This document shows positions 52,335-62,000 of a stretch of 62,000 nt of DNA, in pieces (position 1 is the stretch's first letter; each line of letters starts with the position of its first letter). Where the stretch lies: NCBI GenBank assembly GCA_951406725.2, contig OX597822.1, positions 43,544,001 through 43,606,000 of the forward strand, read 5' to 3'. The notes below the pieces were generated by a model. The model was given only the letters and a program-made list of their open reading frames with translations, was not told where the DNA came from and searched no databases. The DNA is from Octopus vulgaris (lineage: Eukaryota). Made by a program: the position numbers and the translations under genes.

Positions 52335-53128
52335 ATCAATAGTTACGAAGCTCAGGGCTAAAAGCAGAGAGTGAAACTTTCATATTAGCTGCTGAAGACC
52401 AAAGCTTATTAACCCGGGACTACCAAGCCAATGTGATAAAAAATGGAGCTGAACTAAAATGCCGATTCTGTAACGATGAGATTGAAACTATTGACCATCT
52501 CACCTCAGGGTGTAGAGTCTTAGCAACTGTAGAATATAAAGCAAGACATGACAGAGTAGGCCAGTATTTACACTGGATAATATGTCGGCATTATAAAATC
52601 AAAACCGCTCACAAATGGTATAAACACCATCCTGAAGCTGTGGCATAGGGAGAAAATGTGTCGATTTTATGGGCTAATAAACCGGATATTGTTATAAAAG
52701 ATCAGATAAAAAAGGTGTGTTTATTAATTGAGTATTCCTTGCGGTCACAATATAGCGGCGAATGAATTTGCCAAGATCAGTAAATATAAAGACTTGCTAA
52801 TAGAAATTGAAAAAAGTGTGGCATCCCAAGGTGACTACAGTACCAGTGATTGTAGGATCTCCAGGAATGATAAAAAAAAAGGTACTGAAACCTATTTGAA
52901 AATGCTACCAGGTTTACCATCCCAATAGGAAATGCTAAAAATCATGTTACCTGGAACAACTCATGTACTGCGAAGGGTATTATCTCTGTGAAAATAATAT
53001 CCATTCGTGAATTTATATATTTATTAATTTTTTTTTAAATACATATTTTACCTGTGAATATGCGTGTGTTATCTGAGAATGCATACAATGCATACACTCG
53101 GCGAGAAATGGAAGAAAATTTGAAGAAA
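52335..53128 (+). mobile_element. RLE-type (R4/Dong-like) LINE 3' fragment 1, in (TAA)n
   Basis: GLKAESETFILAAEDQSL, CRFC..ETIDHLTSGC (CCHC), RHD, NKPDIV..LIE, KISKYKDL; (TAA)n on both sides. Confidence 0.8.
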
Positions 53129-53144
53129 TAATAATAATAAAATG

Positions 53145-53297
<153 letters not shown>

Positions 53298-53301
53298 ACA
53301 A

Positions 53302-53418
53302 TAAACCGCTCGAATACTCCGGAAGGTGACCGAAAAATAAGAGGTGTTATCTTAGTTCACTAGTGGTGAACAGCTGACACTGTACTACATCTCCAGCATC
53401 AGAAGCTATGCAAAGGCA
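53302..53418 (+). mobile_element. RLE-type LINE 3' UTR stub between (TAA)n arrays
   Basis: Similar to 54735-54850; shared GTTCAC-N5-GTGAAC hairpin. Confidence 0.6.
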
Positions 53419-53436
53419 ATAATAATAATAATAATC

Positions 53437-53481
<45 letters not shown>

Positions 53482-53497
53482 TAATAATGATAATGAC

Positions 53498-53565
<68 letters not shown>

Positions 53566-53589
53566 CAACAACAACCACAACACAATATC

Positions 53590-54225
53590 AACACTTTCTT
53601 ACAAAAAACTACCAGGCTAACGTTCTTCAAATTGGTTCTGACTCTAAAGGCAGACTCTATGATACATTTGACGACGCATTAGATCATATCGTCTAGGGGT
53701 TTCCTTTGATGCTATCACCAAACGAATACAAAAACCGGCACCATAGGGTGGGGCAATATTTACATTGAAAAAAATGTAAACACTACATAATCAGTACTCC
53801 TGCTTACTGGTATGAACATCTCCCTGAGCTTGCCTTTGAAGGTAAAAATGTCACTATCCTCTGAGATTTTCCAGTCAACCAACACCGACAGAACGATTCA
53901 GTCTAATCGACCCGACAAAATTATTAAAGATGGGCAAGAAAATACTTGTGGACTAATAAATAGATGTAAGTGTTCTCACTGATGAAAATATAATTGTAAA
54001 AGAATTTAACAAATTATGTAAATATAAGGACCTGTAAACTTAAATGCAAAAGATGTGATATATTAAAACAAGAACTGTTCCTGTTATTATAGGTACCTTA
54101 TGTATGATAAAAAAGGGAAGTAGAAACATGTAGATAACATCCCAAGCGAGCCATGTCTCAGAGAAATCCACAAGATTTCTGACAAGGACTGCCCACATCC
54201 TTAGAAAAACCTATCCATATAAATT
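53590..54225 (+). mobile_element. RLE-type LINE 3' fragment 3, decayed
   Basis: NYQANVL, EYKNRHHRVGQYLH, SNRPD, KLCKYKDL, VPVIIGTL motifs across stops. Confidence 0.7.
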
Positions 54226-54860
54226 GTGTAAGATGGAATATTGCAAAGATAAAGCACTGTACAAGCACTTGAGAGTGAATGAAACTGAAAATAGGTAGAT
54301 AAAGAAAAGAATGCATGGACAATTTTATAGGGATGCTGAACATAAGACAGAAAGAGAAAAAAGATGCATATGGATTATTAAAGTGACTTAAACAGAAAAC
54401 GGAGGCTCTAATTTTTGCTGCCCAAGAGCAAGAATTAAGAACCAATTACATCAAATGCAGAATAGATAACACATCAGGGAGTGATAAATGCAGAATTTGT
54501 GGACAAAATGGTGAAACCATACGGCGTATAACGCATCAATGTACGCCACTAGCCCAGAATGAATATAAGAGACATCATAGCAAAGGTTAGGCAGTTGTGG
54601 TCGCTGAAAAAGGTGGTAATAGTACCTATAACTGTCGGAACCCTGGTAACAGAGAATAAAAATTTTGAAAAGTACATGAAACAAATAGAGGCTGCAATAA
54701 GGGTGGGGCACTTGCAGAAAACAGCAATGCTTGGAACCGCACGAATACTCCGAAGGTGCTAAAAAAATAACGGATGTTACTTCAGTTCACTAGTAGTGAA
54801 CACCTGGCACCGTAGTACATCTGCAGCATTAGAAGCTGTGCAAAGACAACAACAGCAATA
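54226..54860 (+). mobile_element. RLE-type LINE 3' fragment 4, internally deleted
   Basis: TEALIFAAQEQELRTNYIK..KCRICGQNGET, then VPITVGTL...LQKTAMLGTARILRR, 3' UTR and an AAC/AAT tail. Confidence 0.75.
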
Positions 54861-54864
54861 ATAA

Positions 54865-55790
54865 TATGATGCACCCAGAAACATTTAAGAATCAAGATGA
54901 AGAAAGAATAATTGGATAATGAAATTCCTCAGGGAAATGGAAGGAAAAAAACAAGATCAACACTTGAGATGGCTAAGAAAAAATTGATCTGAAAAGACGC
55001 ACTGTGGCATTGATATGCAGCGCCCAGGAACAAGCTCTGAGAACTCATTACAACAAGTTCCAAATAGTTAAGAGCAGCGAATCGCCCCTTGTAGGATGTG
55101 TGGCAGGAAAAACGAAATTATCTCACATATTTTGAGTGAATGTAGGAATCCGGCCCAAAAGCAACACGAATGGAGGCACAATAACATGGCTAAGTGGCTA
55201 AGTTCGTCCACTGGAGGCTATTGAAAAGTACGGCCTGAACAGAGCACAGAAATAGTACGAACATGAACCAGAAGGAGTCACCGAGAACAATAAATATAAG
55301 ATAATGTGCGATTTTACAATCCTGTGTGACTCCCTAATTGATGGTCGGAGACTAGATATTGTTGTGGTACATAAAGGAAAAAAGGAAACCAAGATTATAG
55401 ATATTTCAGTACCTGGGAATTCACGCCTCAGTGACAAAGAACTAGAAGAGTACAGACTACTAAAAGACGAAATTGCAAGTATGAGGACTCTAAGAAGAGT
55501 GTCTATCATACCAGTAGAGGCATTCGGAGAATTGACAACCAAGTTCGAGAAATATGTCACAGAAATCAGAACTGGCATGAGAATAGAGCAAACCCTGAAA
55601 ACTACTCTGCTGGGTAAAGCTATTATTTTGAGATTGATACTTGGGTGTTGAATGTCTTCCACGATGATTCACAATCAAGTATCAAAGCATATAATATACG
55701 GAAAGAGACCGTGTGAGACCTCTGAGTGCAGACAGGTGTCCGCTCTCACAGAATCAACCAGAGAAACAGGACCTAGAACTCTGAGAAGTA
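54865..55790 (+). mobile_element. RLE-type LINE 3' fragment 5
   Basis: CSAQEQALRTHY, CRMC..EIISHILSEC, RRLDIVVV..IIDISVP, LLGKAIILR; followed by (GAT)n/(AAT)n. Confidence 0.75.
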
Positions 55791-56039
55791 AAACGATGAT
55801 GATGATGATGATGATGATGACGATGATGACGATGATGACGATGATGATGATGATAATAATGATAATGATAATAATAATAATGATAATAATAATAATAACA
55901 ATAATAAAAATAATAATGATGATGATGATAACAATAATAATAACAACAACAACAAAAACAACAACAAAAACAATAATAATATTAATAATGATAATAATAA
56001 TAATAATGATTTCAAATTTTGTCACACGGGCAGCAATTT

Positions 56040-56175
56040 TGAAGGGCGGCATGAGTCGATTAGATCGACCCCAGTAAGCAAATGGCACTTAATTTATCGA
56101 CCTTGAAAAATGGAAGGCAAAGTCAACCTTTACGGAATTTGAACTCAGAACGTAACGGCAGACGAAATGCCTCTA
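56040..56175 (-). mobile_element. Deu/Nin-domain SINE
   Basis: ATCGACCTTGAAAAATGGAAGGCAAAGTCAACC...GGAATTTGAACTCAGAACGTAACGGCAGACGAAAT. Confidence 0.7.
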
Positions 56176-56332
56176 AGTGATACATTTGACGACGCATTAG
56201 ATCACATCGTCTAGGGGTTTCCTTTGATGACATAACCAAACGAATACAAAAATCGGCACCAAATCGACTTCATGAGATATTGTCAGTTGGAATAGAGTTC
56301 ATACCGTCACGTGATAATGACCATCCATCCAC

Positions 56333-56397
<65 letters not shown>

Positions 56398-56493
56398 GGT
56401 CTGTCTATATATTCATCCATCCATCAGTTCCACTTCTTTTAAGTACATTTCGTTTTAAAATTAAACAAATACAGATACATTTGTACTCATAGC

Positions 56494-56542
<49 letters not shown>

Positions 56543-56726
56543 ATACATACTCACCCATAAACATACAAATAAAAGTGCATACATTTTCACATGCTAACGA
56601 TTCTGCCAACTCGCAACCACTTAGGCAAATTGCAAGCGCTATTGGGCGGGGCGTATAGGTGGTTAGTAAAAGCTATCGACCCCATCGGTTAGATCACTTG
56701 TGGAATAAACCACTATATTTTGTATG

Positions 56727-56791
<65 letters not shown>

Positions 56792-56799
56792 TTGTAAAG

Positions 56800-57225
56800 T
56801 AACGATTGTTTGCGAACCTGATGTGGCAGCCCTATTTTGGGGCGAATGCTACTGTTGTTTAGTCCCAGGAGACATCGACTCCAGCTGGCTATACGACACA
56901 CTATCTGTGTCTCTATATTTTCGAACAAGAGAGGTATACCCCCCACCCAGCACAAAGCAGTATCGTACGGTTTCAGACGAAAAGTTATTCAGTTCCGACG
57001 AAGAGAACACCCCCTGAAACTGTACGGTCAACAAATATTGCTTTGTTCTGGGATGGGGTGCTAATCTTCCCTTTTAGAAAATATGAGGACATAGACCATG
57101 TGTCGTATAGACAGCTGGAGACGATTTTTCGGTGGGCTAAAGAACAGTAGCAATCGCGCCAATGTAGGACTGCCACATCAGGTTGGCAATAAGGTTTGTA
57201 ACTTAATATCACTCGTTGAGAGATT
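56800..57225. mobile_element. diverged head-to-head inverted element with hammerhead-like motif
   Basis: 56810-56975 is an imperfect reverse complement of 57014-57190 (AACCTGATGTGGCAG/CTGCCACATCAGGTT, CCAGCTG, TATACGACAC). Confidence 0.7.
56992..57032 (+). ncRNA. minimal type I hammerhead-like motif, CCGACGA core variant
   Basis: GUU-CCGACGA-AG..CU-GAA-ACUGUACGGU-C-AAC; near-palindromic helix III; GUC triplet; helix I only 3 bp. Confidence 0.45.
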
Positions 57226-57233
57226 TAGGAACA

Positions 57234-59432
57234 ACCATCACTCTGCTTAATGCAGACTTGAAAATTTTGGCCAAGGTGTTAGCCAAGAGGTTGGCGCTTG
57301 TCATCGAGAAACTGGTCGACAAGGCGCAAACGTGCGCCGTGCCGGGCCGGACCATCCATGACAACCTCCACCTGATGCGCTACATCATAGACAGGGTAGT
57401 TAACGAACCTGGCATGGGTGGGGCGCTGATCAATTTGGATCAATCGAAAACTTTCGATAGGGTAGACCATCGATACTTGGAGGCAGTCCTCAGAGCGGCT
57501 GGCTTCGGTCCCGTCTTCCGCGGCTGGATAGCCGCTTTGTACAGAGGCATCCGTTCGGTAATTCGCGTAAATGGACATCTATCGAGACCTTTCGACATCG
57601 CACGTTCGGTCCGTCAGGGATGCCCCCTCTCGGCGCTTCTATACGTATTGACTCTCGAGCCACTACTGCGGAAGCTGGCGACTCTGAAGGGCATCCCGCG
57701 AGAACTGGGATGCGGGACGAGTGTGTCTGCATACGCGGACGACGTCACCGTCATAGTGTCTAGCCACGAGCAGGTCGGCAAACACTGAAAAACTACGAAG
57801 CGGTGACAGGAGCAAAAATCAACCTGGAAAAGTCAGTGGGTTTGCGACTAGGCACCTGGAGAAGCAAGCCCATGCCGTCCACCAGCGCCTCCGTTGTGGG
57901 ACGCTGGATCGACGGTCCGGTCGAGTTGCTCGGGGTCTGGTTCGGTTCGGACCTCCAAATGGAGAAGAACTGGAACGAGATAACGAGTAGGGTGGTCTCT
58001 CTCGCCCGGCAATGGGCCGAGAGGAAACTGTCCCTAAAAGGTCGGGTGAAGGTGGCGAACACGTACATCGCGTCCGTCATCTATTACTGCCTGACCGTCG
58101 TGCCTTGTCCCAACCCTACCATCACCAAACTAGAACGCATTCTCTTTTGCTTCTTGTGGAAAGGATGCGTCCCGATGGTCAGGCGATCCATTTGCTGTCA
58201 ACACCCGTTAAAAGGAGGATTGGGCATGCCGTGGTTGATGATGCGCAGACACGCGCTGAGACTGCAACATCTCAGGCTTTTCGTAGACGAAGGTGAACAG
58301 GTGTGGTCGCCGTTTGTGAGGCTCGTCTCCATGACCGAACTGCAATCGTGGATCAAAAAAAGGGCGAGGAAGGGCGAATGGCACCGCGAGTGTCGCGTTG
58401 CTCTCAAGCAACTCTGCCGTCCTGGGTCAACCTTGAGTGACTCCATCACAACCAAAGCATTCTATAGGGGATTAGTGGAGGGGAGGTACGACGACGAGCT
58501 CGGGGCGAACCTGGACGTCGACGAGGAATACCTGACCCGCCTGTTCGGGACGACTTTCGGGCCAGGGCCCATGGACAACTTCCAGAGATCCCTGGCCTGG
58601 CAGTGGTACCGAGAAGCGCTACCTGTTCGGGATAAGCTCTACAGACACGGCTCGAGAAACACGGGGCCGACCTGCCCGAGATGTGGTCAGAGCGACGAAA
58701 CCGTTCTGCACGTACCCGTGCAGTGTGCAACAATTTCCGACCTGTGGGCTTATGTCGAACAACTGCTGTCACGTGTGGGACGAGTCGGTTTAGTAGCTGA
58801 GTCTATCGTCAATATTGTCACGCCTCCTTCCTTCAAACGGGAAGGAAGAGCTATTTTCATCATCCTTGTGGCTATGGCGAAAGAATGTATCTGGTGGACG
58901 CGTCTGAAAGGATTGGAAACAAACACCTTCCTCTCTGATCACCCTCTCATCAACTTCTTCAAGTACCACTTGAAAAGGAAAGTGAGAGTAGAAAGGCAAG
59001 TTTTGTCTAGCGAATGTTTTAAAAAAAGATGGGTGAATGTAGCAAGGATGGCACGTGGATGGCAAGGATGTAACAAGAATGGTCTATTTCGTAGGCTTTT
59101 CTTCCCACGGATAAACCTTACTTGCTTTCCCCTTTACACCATACATCATGACACTGTGATACACGATCCCTATTGATCGTTTTCTTTTCCTCTTCCCCCC
59201 TTTTTTCCGCTTTTTCTTCTTTTTTCATTTTTCTCTTCCTTTGTTCCTTTTCCCTTTTTTCTTATTTTCTTTTCCTTTTTTTTTTGTTCTTTTTTCCCTT
59301 TTACGATCCCTTTTGATCGAAAACCTACGCCACCCTTTTTTTTAATTCTTTTTTTTTTCATCCCCCAACAGAAAAGCTCTACCTTGTAACTTGTCCCATG
59401 TGTGTGCAGCCCTGTGTGGCCAATAAAGAAAC

Positions 59433-59433
<1 letters not shown>
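57234..59433 (+). mobile_element. Tx1-clade LINE copy D, 5'-truncated within RT
   Basis: ORFs 57216-57788 and 57803-59176 are close to copy C; ends AATAAAGAAACT then TATC repeats; 5' junction is not in TCTA. Confidence 0.92.
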
Positions 59434-59496
<63 letters not shown>

Positions 59497-59564
59497 ATAT
59501 ATATATATATATATATATACATAACATACACACACACGCGCGCGCTCATACACGCACACATATA

Positions 59565-60000
59565 GGCGCTAGAAGGTCTGTGTGTTAAGAAGCTTGCTTT
59601 CCAACGACATGTTTCCGGGTTCAGTCCAACTGCATAGCAATTTGGGCAAGTGTCTTCTACTATACACTTGGGCCGGCCAAACCCTTGTGAATGGATTTGG
59701 GTGACGGAAACAGAAAGAAGCCCTTCGTATATATACATATGTGTGTGTGTGTGTATACATACATATATATATATATATGTATATATGTATATATATATAT
59801 ACGTATGTGTGTATCTGTGTTCCCCAACCATCGCTGGACAACCGATGTTGCTGTGTATACGTCCTCGTCACATAGCTGTTCGGCAGAAAGAGACCGACAG
59901 AATAAGTACTAAGCTCACAAAGAATAAGTCCTTGGGTGGATTTGTTCGACCAAAGGCGGTGCCCCAGCATGGCCGCAGTGAAAAACTGAAACATGTAAAA
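59565..60000 (+). mobile_element. SINE family A, complete
   Basis: Head, linker and tail motifs present. Confidence 0.8.
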
Positions 60001-60623
60001 GGATGTGTATATATATATATATATATATATATTTGCATGTATGTATATATGTATGCATGCATATATGTCTATTTATTTTATGTATAATCATATCCATGCA
60101 GATATAGAAAATTCTACTTTCACCCAAACTTCTTCTCTCATCGGCGCAGGATACTACAATTATGAATAATTGTATATTAAATTTTGTAACGAGTAGAGGA
60201 GAGCAAAGATCACAGGTTGCTAACGCGGCAAGTGATATCACAACATAGAAAAACCGTAAAATATTGACCAGTGGTCGTTGCTTTAAAACTATTTATATTA
60301 ATGATTTTTGCCTCGTGTTCGTCCCACGATACTCCCCCAGCCCATATCCAATATCTTGTCGCTAACCGTATATCGCTAAAAGCCTGCTATTAGCCATTAA
60401 CATTAAGCATTAACCTGCGTTCCAACTGCAGTCAGGCCCCTAAAGTGGTTAGCAGAATTTCCATCTAGCTATTAGAGTGGTCATCTCCGGTCAAACGTTG
60501 AAGCGTTGATCGGAGATATCGTTTTGTAACCCTTGCCTGGCTTTGATCCCATTATTGACTTCATGAAATGTTGTCAGTTGGAATAGAGTTCATACAGTCA
60601 CGTGATAATGACCATCCATCCAC

Positions 60624-60708
<85 letters not shown>

Positions 60709-60825
60709 GGTCTGTCTATCTATTCATCCATCCATCAGTTCCAAATTCGGTGTGTTGGTGAGGCAATTCCTTGTATATATGTATATATATATACGTATGT
60801 GTGTATCTGTGTTCCCCAACGATCG

Positions 60826-60922
<97 letters not shown>

Positions 60923-61006
60923 TACTCACCCATAAACATACAAATAAAAGTGCATACATGTTCACATGCTCAATCTCGGTCATTAAGTGTCTGTGTAGTA
61001 GGGCGC

Positions 61007-61051
<45 letters not shown>

Positions 61052-61084
61052 AATCTATCTATCTATCTATCTATCTATCTATAT

Positions 61085-61220
61085 TGTTCTTTTCTTCCTT
61101 TTACGATCCCTCTTGATCGAAAACCTACGCCGCCCCCCTTTTTTTTCATCCCCCAAAAGAAAAGCTCTACCTTGTAACTTGTCCCATCTGTGTGCAGCCC
61201 TGTGTGGCCAATAAAGAAAC

Positions 61221-61221
<1 letters not shown>
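61085..61221 (+). mobile_element. Tx1 3' UTR stub E, (TCTA)n both sides
   Basis: Very similar to 59290-59433; same AATAAAGAAACT end. Confidence 0.85.
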
Positions 61222-61297
<76 letters not shown>

Positions 61298-61298
61298 A

Positions 61299-61387
<89 letters not shown>

Positions 61388-61414
61388 ACTATCTATCTAT
61401 CTATCTATCTATCT

Positions 61415-61601
61415 CAAAAAAAAAAGGAAAAAAGAGAGCCACTTACTGTAATGTTTTTTTTTACATGACACTATTGCCCAAGGTTCCCGTGGTCTTTTTT
61501 CTTTTTTCTTTCTTTCATTTTTCTCTTCTTCCCAAGGAGAAAAGCTCTACTTTGTATTTTGTCCCTTCTGTGTTAGGCCCTGCGTGTCCAATAAAGAAAC
61601 A
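61415..61601 (+). mobile_element. Tx1 3' UTR stub F, (TCTA)n both sides
   Basis: Similar to the copy A 3' UTR (13141-13422) with an internal deletion; same AATAAAGAAACA end. Confidence 0.8.
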
Positions 61602-61711
<110 letters not shown>

Positions 61712-62000
61712 ACTATCCTTCGACCATTCTATCTGTTTCTCTATCTGTCTATCTCTGTATTTTGTCTGTCTATTTGTCTATCTCGATTTGTACATTTGTA
61801 CACGCATATATCTCTACATATATATGCGTTTCTATAAATAGGCATACACACATGCACGCACACATACACCCATACACACACATACATACACACACACACA
61901 CACGTTTGGGGCTTCGTGTCTCAGCTAGAGACTATTACGTAATTATTTGTAATCCAATTATCAGTGAATTATTATCAAATTTAATTGTCTCCTCGCAAAG

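Overview
AT-rich, microsatellite-saturated eukaryotic DNA, most likely octopus or another cephalopod. That assignment is inferred from the tRNA-derived SINE families and repeat landscape and is not verified. No host protein-coding gene, rRNA, true tRNA or CRISPR array can be supported; almost all listed ORFs are translations of microsatellites or retrotransposon remnants. The window is a nested mosaic of mobile elements, apparently partitioned by microsatellite type. (1) Six copies of a Tx1/L1-clade LINE all end in AATAAA(A/G)AAAC-like sequence followed by (TCTA)n; five of the six also have (TCTA)n at the 5' junction. (2) A stack of RLE-type (R4/Dong-like) LINE 3' fragments sits in (TAA)n. (3) The most novel signal is a set of small non-coding elements at (TA)n tracts that carry type I hammerhead ribozyme motifs. 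One is a 484-bp tandem repeat with a fully canonical core. The others, from three unrelated sequence families, are tandem or head-to-head inverted elements with a recurrent CCGANGA (U4C) core and palindromic helix III. These resemble Penelope-associated hammerheads and retrozymes, and a Penelope-like GIY-YIG remnant is also present. The window also holds Tc1/mariner remnants and MITEs, a 1.2-kb element with 348-bp inverted repeats, and many SINEs. Ribozyme structures were folded by eye and their activity is untested.
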